Assembly (NCBI GenBank): GCA_026026165.1
Contig: JAPEUD010000018.1
Span: 248,001-312,000 of the forward strand
Reading direction: 5' to 3'
DNA from: Sarea resinae
Taxonomy: Eukaryota
Length of the DNA stretch: 64,000 nucleotides
Numbering within the stretch: position 1 is the first letter of the stretch; each line of letters begins with the position of its first letter. A program made the translations under genes and the position numbers. The notes under the pieces are model-generated. The model was given only the letters and a program-made list of their open reading frames with translations, did not search any database and was not told the DNA's origin. Shown in pieces: positions 11,017 through 24,100 of this stretch.

Positions 11017-14000
11017 TCAGGGAGACCTCGGCGACTGCGGTGAGCCCTGCTGCCCCGGCGTAACAGTACGCTGACTATAGTCGCTCTGATGCTCGCGACG
11101 TTCGAATAAACCATGATCCAACCGCGGTCGCGGACTGACTAGACTGCCAATGGTGCTCGCCGGCGACGAGGGTCCACGACCGATCGTCATCTCGAGCGAG
11201 GAATTGGAAAGATGATGAGCATGGTGACTTCGGCCCTGCTCGCTAGCCAGCTTTCCCATATTCTCCTCCGTCAGTGGCACTGCAGTCGAGGAGTCGCCGA
11301 CAGATGATGGCGGGCTACTGTAGAAGCTCCCTGCGCTAGCAGCAAGCAGCTTGTTATCCCGTAGTGCCGTGGCCTTTTCTTCCGCCCGCACTCGCCGTAG
11401 ATGGCGCTCGCCTTCACTCTCGGGACCTGGGAGAGTTGCCGTTCTAGCATACTCGCGGTTTCGATCATCTTCGGAAGTCGTGTTCCCATCCTGGAGGTGC
11501 TTCTTCAGCGGCGTCCCTTTGGGTCTTCCCGGCGACTTTCCCGGCAGAAGTGTTTGCATCTTCTCCTGTTCGATGGGAGATATTCGCTCGGGCTCCGAAC
11601 AGTTGGAATCATGCTCCTCCGAACCATATTTTTTAGGAACTCTGTTCTTCTTCCGGCCTTCGAGAACCCATTTCACCAGCATCCGCTCCAACATCTTCCC
11701 CTTCACAGGCTTGGCCAAATAGTCATCCATACCAGCCTTTTTGCATTTCTCCATATCACCTTGAATGGCAGACGCTGTCATCGCCACAATTGGTACACTT
11801 TGGAGTCCGATTATCTTTGTAAACGGTTCGTGATGCCTGATCACGTGGGTCGCCCTGTAGCCATCCAAGATGGGCATTTGAACCTAAAACATAATTTGTC
11901 AGCAGTGTCCAGACGTCAGACTTCAAGTAGCGCACATCCATGAGGATAATGGCAGGTCGCGGATGCCCCTCGGAAGGCTCCTTTGCCAGATAATCCAGTG
12001 CTTGTTGGCCATTCCACACCGCGCTGACGGAGAATCCCAGCTTTTTGATAGTCTTGAGGGCAATTTGTTGGTTTATAGCACTGACCTAGATTAGCAATGA
12101 TGTCTGAAAAACATATAGCACTTACTTGTCTTCGACTACGAGCACATGGGTTTTCTTCCTTTCGTGCTCAGGTAAATCCGCATCAGAATCGGCCGCGGAA
12201 GAACTTGTAGCAGTAGATTGAGGCGCTAAAGCCTTCAATGGTGACTTCTCAGGCCTGGACTGCCCGATGATTTGAATCGGACTCTGAGGTGGAGTATTAT
12301 CTCGTGCAAATTCATAGTCGGAACTACTACATGAGACGGATAATTCCGACTGTAGACGCTCTGGTATGGATCCAATATCCACCAATGGAGAATCGTCACC
12401 TTCGTATTGAGGCTTATTGAAAGGTATCACGAATGTTGCCTTCGTACCAGATCCAAGTGCCGATTCGAGCGTAATGTTGCCATGCATCAGGTCAACAAGC
12501 TGCTCGAGAGTAAGCCGGTAGACCTTGTGAAGTTGGGGAAGTAAACTTACATTCTTACAGATAGTCAGGCCAAGTCCAGTACCTCCAAACCTTCGAGCTG
12601 TCGAGCTGTCCGCTTGACTGAATGGCTTGAATAATCTTTTTCGCACATCCTCCTCGATTCCGATTCCCGTGTCTTCCACGAGGAACTTTACCTCTATTAC
12701 ATCATCTGTCTCGTTTTGGACAGTAACAGCGAGCTTAACGCGTCCTTCGGAGGTGAATTTGATACTGTTGGTGAGGAGGTTGGTAAGAATCTGGCGGACA
12801 CGGCCAGGATCGCCCATGACCTTGAGATCTTTTGTTCTTCCAATGTTGTATTCGCTCTCAAAAGCAAGATCTTTCCTTTCAGCAGCAAATTGAAGCATCT
12901 TGTTAACGTCATTTAGAACGACAGATAGACTAAATTGAACTTCTTCGATGTCCAGCCTTCCGGATTCAACTTTCGAAAAGTCTAAGATGTCATTTATGAC
13001 GGTCAGCAGGCCGTTGGCGGATCTTGCGATATTTTCCGCACACTCCCTCTGTTCCTCATCAAGAGGGGTGTCGAGCAGAAGTTCAGACATGCCAATCACT
13101 CCGGCAATTGGCGTCCTGATCTCGTGAGACATCTGGAGATAATCAGTATTACTGCTAGATTCTAACAGAATCAAGACGAGGTCTTACGTTGGCCAAGAAT
13201 TGACTCTTCAATCGGCTGGCTTCCTTGGCTGCAGCCTCTTTTGCAATGAGACTTGTCAAAGTGTCAGTACGGTGACCTCAACGATCACAAAGATTTCATA
13301 CCGAGAATTTTCTCTTTCTTGGTTGACGAGCTCGGCCTCACGGTTCCGAAGCTCCGTCACATCCATGCTGACGCCTATGACTCCTTCCACAGAATCTTTT
13401 GGACTATCGCTACCATCCTTCTCAGTTCGGATGACCGGTACGAAGCGGGTACGGAACCATCGGCCGTTTCCATCAATGTGGTGTTCTGTAATATGTTCTT
13501 TTTTCTCTCCGTTCAGGATAGCCTCTATTGGCTGTCGATATAGTTCCAGGTCGTCTCTTCCAGCGTGATGACCGAAGACATCGTAGACGCGCTTTCCTAT
13601 CGCGTCTTTGCCGATGTCTTTCTCAGCCGGATCCCACATCAGTTTTCCTTCAAGCAGACTCAAGGTTCGGTTGGTGTCGACAACCCAGAGTGAGACTTGA
13701 GCGTGATGAATAACATTGAGCAACTGCTCACGTAGATCTCTTGCCTCAGTTCGGGCTGAGTATGATAGGATCAGTAAGCTGTGTTTTGAATTCAAGAATT
13801 GAAGACTCACCTTGGACAACCTCCTCAATATCAGTACATGTACCAATCCATTTCGACACCAGTCCCGTTTTTCGGTGGCGAAGGGGCAAAGCGCGACAGA
13901 GCATATATCTATACACACCATCATGTCTCCTACAACGCGACTCGGTCATAAATGTTTCACCGGTTGCCAAGGCATGCGCCCATTTTTCGTCATTGTCTGG

Positions 14001-15880
14001 TATATCATCGGGATGGAACGCTGCTTTCCAGCCAATGCCAATAGACTCTTCTTTTGATAGGCCCGTGTAATCGTACCAGCGCTGCGAGTAGTACTCGGTA
14101 TTCCCTTCAGGAGTAGAAGTCCATATCTGAGATACAGTTTAGCAAAGCTTGCTTGGTCAAGAAATGGTGGAGCTCACCATTTGTGGTGTTGTGTCACAGA
14201 TCGTCTGAAATTGCTGTTCCATTTCTTCATCCTGGGCAGCTATGCGGTCGGTATACTAGATTGACAGCCTTAGTACATTTTCCTTGATGAGTGCCAGCAA
14301 GTCACAGCTTACCTCTGTCACATCCCGCATCCACACGACGGCTGCCAGGTACTCATTCTTCTGTTCATCCATGATTGGCTCTCCACTGAAATCATAGCGC
14401 ATACGTCTCCCCGATTTCGGATCGATCATACCGGCTCGGAAATTCCTGATGGGCTTGACTTCCCTACAGATGCGAACAAGAGGATACTGATCTGGAGGAA
14501 TTTCGTGTTTGAAATCTTCCGTGTAGAGCTTAAATCTAGAGATGAAATCGTAGCCGTCTTTTGACAGCGGATCAACATCGCGCGGCAGGAGAGCTCTTCC
14601 TGCTCGATTGGGCAGGGTTAAGCTTTCGTCCCTCCACATTGCAAAGACTGGAATCTCCATTTTATCTGAACACTTTGTCAGAAGAATATCAACGATGAGA
14701 AAAAAAAAACAATAACTCAAGGACGTCGATATGACAGGCAAACGGTGAGGAGAACTAACTCAATATAGCATCCTTCATGCGGGTGATCTTTTGGAGTATC
14801 GAGGGCGTCGCGACGATGGTCGCCTGCGAAGGGTTGCTGATCAAAGGAAAGGGTGAAGATGGGAGAGGAACGCCGGATGGAGATGTGAAGGTAGAAGACG
14901 CAGAGGACGAGGAACTGGTTGACGGGGGGCCAGATCCTGCGGAAAAGGGCATATAGGACGGTGTTCGGGATACAGTTCGCGACTGAGGAGGCGCAGTAGG
15001 CCCAACATCGTGCGACGGACTGGTAAAGCTGAGGGTGAAATATCGCTCGAACTCGGTGGCCCATAGGGATATGATCATATTCGCCTGGACCTGGCTTTCA
15101 ATCAACTTACGACCTCTCGCCGTAGAGGACGGCCCCGTGGTGTTGAGAGGTTGAGGTGACAAGACCACCTGGACGGCCATATCATGTACAGTCGTGTAGT
15201 TGTCGCCCGATCCGGATGGCCGGATACCGTGAATCTGTTTTGTTGAGCTACGATGATGGGTCGAAGAGGATCCTTCATTGCTAGATGGCTTCATGTCTGT
15301 CGGCGTGACTTCCTCACTTCTTTCACATGACTTGTGGAGATCCTCGACCAGATTATCGAGAAAGCGCTGATGAGGATATCAGCCAGAAGTCGGGCAGGCC
15401 GTGTCTGAGACTTACCTCCCAATCCACCCAGATCGGTTGGCCACCTTGCACCATATCTACTCCCACTTGTGAGAGGCTTTGGCCCCGCAGAACGTCCGTT
15501 ACCGCCAGACGCTCACTGCCGTTGCCACCAAGAGCACCCATTGCGTCCAATCCGAGCAGTCTTCCCATGGCTTCGTTGGCGAGGATGACTGTCTTGAACG
15601 AGGATAACACCAAAACCGGAGTCGGCAGATATTGCAGGGCTAACAAGGCGGTCTCCGGTAAAGTTGGGAATCGTGGTATATCGACTAAGAGATTGCTGGG
15701 ACTGGGCAATGGAGACCTGTCGTCCTGGCCTGGCGGCGTGCGGGGACGGGCCAGGGCCCTTCGTCTCGCAAGGGATGAAGCTTCATGCGCATCACCTGCC
15801 GCCTTGGGATCAACCGGAGGACTCTGATGAAACCCATCATGATGACTGTGCTCAATCTTGGAAGAGCCCAGACCGGCCAT
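11017..15880 (-). CDS. Hybrid two-component histidine kinase (PAS/PAC domains, HisKA, HATPase_c, receiver); probably fungal group V (HHK2/NIK-2-like)
   Basis: Exons 15880-15416, 15366-14760, 14665-14313, 14255-14178, 14126-13811, 13755-13302, 13251-13188, 13132-12551, 12499-12126, 12080-11936, 11883-11017, all joined by GT-AG introns in phase. H-box [15 protein letters not shown]-box [15 protein letters not shown]1 DTGIGI, G2 GGTGLGL; receiver VLVVEDN, ILMDVQMP, DYLAKP; PAS motifs RWYDYTG...FHPDD...KWIGTCTDI. The start codon and group assignment are less certain. Confidence 0.93.
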
Positions 15881-17765
15881 GGCCAGGCGACGAGCGCCGA
15901 AGATTTCGGGCTGCTGGTCACCGTCTCGGCGTGTGAGAGCTGGGCACACTCAATCGTCTCGATTGACGGGATCTCGAACGAATGCTTGCACGCTTCCGAG
16001 TTGCTTGTCGAGGAGAAAATCACGATGAGCTCCTCGATTGAACTCGATAGAATCTGGTCGAGCATGGATCCTCATGAGGATCTTCCGCGGGTATTATCGT
16101 AGCTGAAATGATGATATCGACTCTAGCAGTAGTGGTGAGGCTTGGAGACTGAATTGATCCGAGCCGGTGGTGTCTCGTTGCGGCATAGGTGCCATGCAAT
16201 GGAGCGAGTACCCCTGCCTGGGGACGAGGTACGGCGACGCACTGCTACAGATGCTCGCAAGAGGAGGTATTGACTACCTCGACGGGAAGTAGCCGAGCAC
16301 GGGACGAGAGGATCGAAGGGATCTGGCAGGGTCTAGGCCGCCACTTGCTCGAGTCTTTGCTACCTTACCAACTGGAACGTGCCGTCGCACTATGGAAAGC
16401 ATCCACTTCCAGCGTGGAATTGGGTTCTTCGACTGAGTACGGTTCAAAACACCCTCTGTGCTGCGAAGAGTGAGCACCGCGATCGTGATCATCTGGGGAA
16501 GATAAATCTACGATTTAAATAGAGCGCTCCAGGTGGTCGAGCACGCCCATCAGTAATTGCTCGTCTTGTACCAGTCACATGTAGAGTATCCGCACATCCC
16601 CTTCGTTTGCCTTTGCTTGGGACCATAGATGGGGATCCATCCAGCCATGATCCGCGGCTCAAGGTTGCCGGTCTATCAGCCGGAATGGCAAAGCTCCCGT
16701 GGGGAATGCGGAGTTGCATGTCGAGAGCGAGCGAGGACCAAATCATCGTAATCTCAGCTTCGATCGCCATCATCATGATCATGGAGCATTCAGCATTCAG
16801 CATTCAGCATTCAGCATTCGGCATTCGGCATGCAGTCTTCAGCATATAACATCGAGCACTTGCCCCCTCCCGCATCACACACTGTGTGTCCAGGCAAACC
16901 AGTCAGATCATCACCACTGAACCATTCGCCGCGCCTTTCCTCTCCTCGCTCTCCTTTGCCACTTGCACTGACGACAGAAAAGCTTACCCTCGGGGGCGAC
17001 TGCTCCGGAGTGGACGAGCTAGAGCGGAGATATCCCTGGACGTTCTGCAGTCACGGCGACGATCGCGGTAATCCCCGTGGGGTGCGCGCTGCGATTGCAA
17101 CGCTCTCTATCGCGTTTCTTTCATTTGCGGCGGAAGAGAAGAGTAAGGTAGGTCGGTAGAACACTCATTGTTGTTCTCTCGATGCTCGACCCTCGCTCAC
17201 ATCGCACACACATGTAGCACCCCTGCGTTGGGCTTGCTGGCTGCTGGCTGCTGGCCGACCGGGGTAGTGAGAGAATAGCCTCGCGCTCCTTTCCACTTCC
17301 GACTTACTTCAGTACGTAGTACATACTATAGTAGTACTCGACTCCGTAATCCTCTTCCACCACCAGTCGTAGGGCGCAGGCGTCGAGCGAGGATTAGTGG
17401 TCGAACGGCTCACCGCTTGCTTCCCACGGCAGCCGGTCCGCCAATCATACGCCAATCGAGGCCCCGGTCCATTTTCCCTTTTCTCCCCACCCATCCCGCT
17501 CCGAGGGCCTCGAGCCCCTCAGGGGATCGCTCAAGGGACACTTTCGTGAGTTCCAGCACGCGGTGCTGTACGGAGCGCTCGGAGTATTGAGTATCAGCAA
17601 ATGCGCAGTCTCCTGCTAAGGAAGCCTGAGAGATGGCACGGTCGTCGGCCTTGTTGCGATCTAGAACCTGACGGTAAATGCTAAATCAAAGTCTCCCTTG
17701 GGAAAAGGAGTCACAGGAGTTCACCAAAAAACACAAAAAGATACGCGAAGCCTTGCGACTTTCCA

Positions 17766-17799
17766 TGGTGGACGAATTGGGGATCGAACCCAAGACCTC
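17766..17799 (-). pseudogene. 3' fragment of a tRNA-Ala (variable loop, T arm, acceptor 3' strand) ending in encoded CCA
   Basis: Minus strand GAGGTCTTGGGTTCGATCCCCAATTCGTCCACCA, versus the gene's GAGGCCTTGAGTTCGATCCTCAATTCGTCCA. Confidence 0.8.
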
Positions 17800-17843
17800 A
17801 GACCGTGTCGTGGGAGAGTGGGAGAGTGGGAGAGCTTAAAAGT

Positions 17844-17853
17844 AAAAAAAAAA
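17844..17853 (-). terminator. RNA polymerase III terminator (T10) of tRNA-Ala
   Basis: A run of 10 T on the minus strand, 10 nt after the tRNA 3' end. Confidence 0.8.
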
Positions 17854-17863
17854 TATGAACCCA

Positions 17864-17956
17864 TGGACGAATTGAGGATCGAACTCAAGGCCTCCCGCAG
17901 CTCCGAATCCGGGGACTTGTTGCAAAGCGGGCGCTCTACCACTGAGCTATACGCCC
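17864..17956 (-). tRNA. tRNA-Ala(UGC) with a 21-nt intron
   Basis: Minus strand: GGGCGTA TA GCTC AGTGGTA GAGC G CCCGC TT TGC A [ACAAGTCCCCGGATTCGGAGC] T GCGGG AGGCC TTGAG TTCGATC CTCAA TTCGTCC A. Folds as a cloverleaf with the G3:U70 alanine identity pair and the intron after position 37. Confidence 0.95.
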
Positions 17957-18141
17957 TTGATAAGGATAGAGAACGCTAAAGGGAAATATAATATTAGCGA
18001 ATCACATGTCCGCGTACGGATACCTTTGGTGTCCCTCTTCCCGGACAGCCATCAATCTACATGTGACGTCGTGCGTGCGCCAACCGGACCCTGGATTCCT
18101 GTCTCTTGTCCATTCCAAACACCACCTCATGCATTCACCTC

Positions 18142-19943
18142 ATGCATCCTACACTGGCCTCCCTCGCTGTACCAGGAGTATGTATGCTGATCGCCTTCCT
18201 AGCATACTCCTCCCAGCTTCTATTCTACTGCGTCCCTCCAGGTCCGCTGAACAGGCGCCAAAGTCTCATCTTCAACACTCTCGTCGCCTGCATCTGGATA
18301 TGCTATATCCGCGCCAGCCGGACGGATCCGGGCCGCGTCCTACGAGATTGGGATGCTGCTCATGTAGATAGGAGTCAAGCAACGGCGGAGCCATCACTCA
18401 AGAATGTCTTGAACGGAGGGTCAAGTCGGCGATGGTGTAGGAAATGTGAAGCGGCCAAACCGCCCCGGGCGCATCACTGCAAGGTGTGCGGAAGGTGAAT
18501 CCCGTCCCCAGGCCGAGGATATAGACTAGCTAGCTTCAACTTCAGAACCACATCCTGACCATAGCATACAGATGCGTACCGAAAATGGACCATCATTGCC
18601 CCTGGACCGGGAATTGCGTCTCGTACACAACCTATCCGCATTTCATCCGCTTCGTTGGCTATGCCGTTGCGGCCATGGTATATCTAGAGATGCAGCTCTA
18701 TAAGAGAGAACACATCTTGTGGGACAAGCGTCATCTGCCTAGTGTTTGTTCTCCTATCTTAGTTGTCCAGCGGCCAAAGACTAATGCAGTACCGGCCCCA
18801 GTATCTAGGCCCCTCGGCATTCCAGATGCTCTTTCTGTTCATCCTCACCATAGCCAATTCGCTGACTCTATTTGCTCTTGCTGTCATGTTGGCGCGTTCG
18901 CTCTGGAGTCTCTGCACCAACATTACCACGATTGAGAGCTGGGAGATGGAGCGTCATCGCACGGTGGTCAGGCGAGCCAAAGTCCTGGGTGGATATCTCG
19001 ACGGACCGGATGGTACCAGGGTACGGATTGTTCATCAGGAATTTCCGTACGACATTGGTATCTGGAAGAACATCAAGCAGGGCATGGGCGGCACTGAAAA
19101 TGTGAGATTGCCTGATCTGCTCCTGTCTACGAGGGTAGTCTCTGGGGATGTCTCGTGGCTAATCCTGGCACACTCAAGGTCCTGAGTTGGATATGGCCAT
19201 TCTCCAAAACCCCGAATATTGCAACGGGTCTTGATTTCGAGGTCAATGGCTTTGAAGGTATGCTACGTCATACCCTTCACTTCAGCCACTCCGTGCTAGC
19301 TCAACACAGCATTATCACTATCATCACCGGCCTTGACACCACCTGCTAATCGAAAACAGACCCGTCCCTCAGCTGGCCACCACCAGACCCAGACCGCATG
19401 CCGCGCGCCCCTCGACCACCCACGCCCTTTACCAACTCCTCCCCCAACGACCCCACCGCCTTCCGCACACGCCAACGCGCCGACCTGCATCGCCGCCGCC
19501 GCGGCCAAGGCCCAGGCCACACGCAAACTCAAAACAGACCACTCACGCCTCCGTCGCCGATAGAGTCCGAGATCATCTCGCCCGGTGCCGCGGACATCGA
19601 ACTGCACCAGCAGCGCAACCCGCAGTTCCACCGCCGGTACGACACGCGCGAGCACGACGCCGAGAGCGAGGTCCAGAGCGAGGAGAGTGGCGAGGAAGGG
19701 TGGCGGAATAGCGAGGGTGAGAGATTAGCTGATTTCGGGGTGGATGAGGAGGTCGAGTTTTATGATTGGGGGGCTGGTGGTGGTGGTGCTGCTGCTGCTG
19801 CTGGTGGGGATCGCAGGGCGGAGGATCGACCAGAAAGGGAGAAGGCTGAGGCGGATGAGGATGATATTCCGCTCTCGGAACTTCTCGAACGCCGGCGGCG
19901 CCGCAGAAGGGAGACAGATGAGGCAATGCATGAAGGACGATAG
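18142..19943 (+). CDS. PFA4: DHHC palmitoyltransferase Pfa4
   Basis: Exons 18142-18494, 18572-18743, 18802-19101, 19179-19257, 19360-19943. [64 protein letters not shown] and GWRNSEGERLADFGVDEE are Pfa4-type motifs. Confidence 0.93.
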
Positions 19944-20054
19944 AGACGATCGAGCGATCGAGTGATAGAGTTATAGTGATATGATAAAGGACCCGCTCCC
20001 TCCTTCCCTCCATTTCTTAGCCAGCTCCCGCCTGCTTGCTTTGCGCGTGTCGAT

Positions 20055-21175
20055 CTAGATATAGATACAGTTACAGATATAAAACCTAACCCTCCTCTAC
20101 TACCTCTAGAGTCAGAGACAATTATATATCCTGTACACTTTTATACCGTCCCTACTTAGTCCTCCACTCACTCACTCGGATTCACCTTCTTACTCCTCTA
20201 CTCACCCGCCCTCTATATATTACCCTCTCTACCTCTCTCTCCCTCTTTCTAGGCGTCCGTTTTGTTTTTCCTATCCCCTCTTCCTCTTTGTCTTAGATAG
20301 ATGTGTCTGCTAGTAAGACTAGAAACTTAGAATTTAAAGGTTAGAGAGTAGGGGTTTGTGTTAGTAGTAGTAGTAGTAGTATACTCTTTTCTACTATCTA
20401 CTATCTACTATCTACTCTAGAGTACTCCTACTACTAGCAATATATTGTATAGCTATTGCACAGCTATTAATTACACATCTATTAATTGCATCTCTAGCTA
20501 GGTAGCTCGTTAATTATCTCTTACTAATCTACTTAATCTACTTAAATTCTATTCTGCTATAATTATCTATACCTAAGATAGATAGAGAGGTTTAAAAGTG
20601 ATAATCTCTCTCTCTCTCTATCTATATCCTTTATCTTATTCTCTATTAAGGATCTAGTATCTACACCTACCCTAGCACTCTAGGGCTATAGCTACCGACA
20701 CTACACTACACTATAGTATATCTAGGTAGGTATATCTAGATATATCTAAGTAATTATGCTATTCGCCTCTTTTCTTCTTCTTCTTCTTCTTTAGCTTCTA
20801 CTTTTTTAATTTCTACTACTACTATACTAAACACAGTAGCTTATACCTAGACTAATAATTATATTAAGTCTCTACTTATAGTACTTTCTAGACTAGAATA
20901 GATTACACCTAACACAATAAACATTATAAGAGTAGTTTGATTTCTTAGATTCTTAGTAGCATCTAGCTATAAAAGAAGAAAAAAAAATAAAATCAAATGA
21001 ATTAGAGATACTAGAAGATTAAGTTTAGTATAATACTATAAAGAAGAGATTTTTGAAAGCAGGATAGCGGAATGACTTTAGGTAGGGTGTAAAGGGTTGG
21101 CTAGGACTGCGTAGGCGGTTAATAGATAATTAGATGAATAGCGAGCTAGATGACTGGCTATTGATACTATTACTA
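20055..21175. other. AT-rich island with RIP-like dinucleotide signature (TpA excess, CpA/TpG depletion)
   Basis: Abrupt fall in GC content; dense TAG/CTA/TAA; the ORF track shows nothing of 60 aa or more across about 1.1 kb, unlike the flanks. Confidence 0.8.
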
Positions 21176-24100
21176 TGACAGGCAGAGTGCCAGAATACCT
21201 ACCTACTTCAGTATTGCGTAGTCATAGTCGAAAGCTATTACCCAATCATGCCGCTAGAGCCCGCGGGATGGGATGGGAATGGGAATGGAGCCATCACCGC
21301 CACTTACTACTGTACCTGACTCTCCTCGGGATACCTCCCTACCTCCTCCCCTCACTCTACTCGACTTCGTCCTTCTCTACTTCGTTCGGCTTTCAGGACC
21401 ACCAGTCGGGAAGGTGGAGGAGTCAGGTAAGCAGTCAGTCGATCCGATGGTACCTGGCTACGTATGGCTGCCTGGCTGGCTACGGTGTTCCACTCTACAT
21501 ACCGTGCTCTACTCTATTTATGGAGAGACGACCATACAGACGCGGGACGCGTGCAGGAGGGGCCAGCGGGTGGCCCGTTTCTTGCATTGCGCTTTTCAAC
21601 ACTCGACTGCCGGCTGCTGGGGGCCGGCTTTGGCTACCGTACCCTACACGTCCCATTCGCTGTGTGAGGTGTATGCGTGGTACGGACCGGCCGCGGCGGT
21701 CGTGGCAAGAAGAGCAGAGAACAGGAGAGGAGAGCAAAGCAACGCAGAGTACAGGAGAGGGGCAACGCCATATACGGCTCGCGCCCGCGCCTTCTTAGCC
21801 CGCCGGACCGGACGCAGGCTCATTAGACGTGGCGGGCGGCTTTTTTCCCAAAGTGCATTGCAGTCCAGCGACGAGGGAAGAACCATCTCGATATTGATCT
21901 GGGCCAGGGGAGGGGAAAGAAAATTTTCTGCCTTTCTTTTCTTTTTCGAGTATGATGAGCCGGTGGCTGGCGATCTAAGATCTGCTTGTGCATTCTTAGC
22001 TCCCGTGGTGTGGAGGTTGTGTCGCCGGTATGGACCGAGACGTGCAGGCAGGTCCAGGCGAGGATCTTCAGGAAATTTTTCTCCGGGTGCAGGCAATGAG
22101 CAGGCAATGGGCATTCTTGCTGTGTGAGCATGGCCTGATTGACAGCGGTAGTGCTCCAAGCATTTAGGCTGGAAGAACTTTTATGGAAAGAGATGACAAA
22201 TATCTCCCCACGGTGATGATTGGAATCGGTGCTTGTAGAACGTCGTTGAGAGAAAATACACATTTTGGCGACCAGTAGTACGATACTGGATCAGAATTAA
22301 AATCCCCGTCGTACAGGGTTTGCATTGAGAGGGGACGAGAGAAAATTTCAACAAGCATGCGCGCGGCCCCACTAAGGCGGAGACCCGAGAATAGAGCACG
22401 AGATCAGCATTGTGGGGAAGTGAAGTAACCACGTAAGTCAAAATATGGGGTAATGTAGCACACTTGGAAAAAACGCCTTGCGCTGCGCCTCTCTCTCTCT
22501 CTTCGCCCACTCGGGGCCGGACAATGCGAGAAGAGGAGGGGTCATGTATTTCCCGATGGATCCGCTGGTTGCGGCTCCAGCAGGCCAATAACAAGGAACT
22601 GAGACGTAATATCGGCAGGGAAGATGGGCAGAATTGTCAGTGCACGACTTCATTGGCGCTGGTATTGAAGGCGAGAATGATGATGATGATGATGATGATG
22701 ACGATGATAGTTCCGTTGTCAGTCCTGCTGTCAGCGTCGTTCATTCATTCATGGAAATAATTCTCGACACTGCCATGGATGGTGTGCGAGTTTGCGGGGT
22801 TCCGTTGATGGTTGCAAGCACTGCACCCAGTGAGCGCGATGATTACGTCGAATCAGCATAGAAGAATGGTTCTGACTGGACCGGCTATAAGGACGAAGAG
22901 CAACAGAGGAGAGAAGGGGAATCGGACGATGATGGTCAACAATCAGTCAATCATTCAGTCAGATGCCTGAGTTGCACGGCTCTCGGGCTTGGAGGTTGGC
23001 CCATCTAATCAAATCATTCGAGTTGGCGGACCGAGGACGGAACAGACTGGCGGATTGCGGGCTGCGGGCTGGCAGACAGACGAACGTCTGGTAGCCAGTT
23101 GCCACCGTCGCTGTTACCGCCAGCTGGAGCTTCAACAATGTCATAATCGTCGTTATTGTCCGCATGATCTGCCATGTGGTCCGCGATACCGACCGATGCC
23201 GGCAATTCCTGATCCACCTTACCTTACCTTGGGCTTCTAGGCTTGGACGTGACGACGCCGAAGGGATGACAGTATGACAGATCTGATGTGACATGGTACG
23301 TCTTTTTGTTGGTTTCGTACGAGTCGGGTAGGTCGTAATCACGATGATAACGAGTAATGAGAACGGTCTGCCCCTGAATGACCGACCGCCACGACTCGCA
23401 AATTACCTCGCAGATTTACTCTGATAGCTTACCGCCTTTGCTGAAGCATACGACGCGGCTCTTCTCCTGAATGGCCTCTCGCCAATGACAGCGAGACGAG
23501 AGGAAACAAAAGCAAAAAGAGGGCAGGTGGGAAAAGAGAGAAGTCTCGGTAGTCATGTCAGATCGGCCGACTGCGAGATGGGATTCGATGCTAAGAGGCT
23601 GCTTAAGTGCAAGCGTGGGGGTTCCATCCGTCAATCCAACGTTGCTAATCAATCACAATCGCGTGTTCGCGTTCGTCGACCTGGATCAGGTTGCCACATT
23701 GGCGCCCCGACCGTCACGAGATGGAGGGAAGGACGGGGATTGGGGATTGGGGACTGGGAATTATTGGGATTGGGCTTGGGCTTGGGGATTGGGGATTGGG
23801 GATTGGTGTCTTGTGGGGCTGAGGCGCTGAGGCGCTGAGACGCCGATACGCTGAGACATGGACCGAGTTGAGCGTTGAGAGAGAGCGACAGAGACAGAGA
23901 CAGAGAGTCGAGCAGAAAGGATCCATCATGGATCCCTGGTGATCCATACAGTAGTCGATACCTGCCCTTCACCGACAGAAGACGGAGCAGAGAGAAGGGA
24001 AGGTCCATGAATGAAGTACGAATGACCATTGGGCGTCCCGACAGTACATCGTATTCGTACATTGTACTCTACGAAGTACATTGATTGTCCATGTCATCCC

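Noticed and set aside
21175..22263. 207-aa, 284-aa and overlapping ORFs after the RIP-like island
   Set aside because: Overlap in several frames, Arg/Gly-rich, no recognisable motif or splice structure; consistent with chance ORFs.
22634..23342. Short acidic ORFs around a (GAT)n run
   Set aside because: Driven by a microsatellite; no coherent gene model found.
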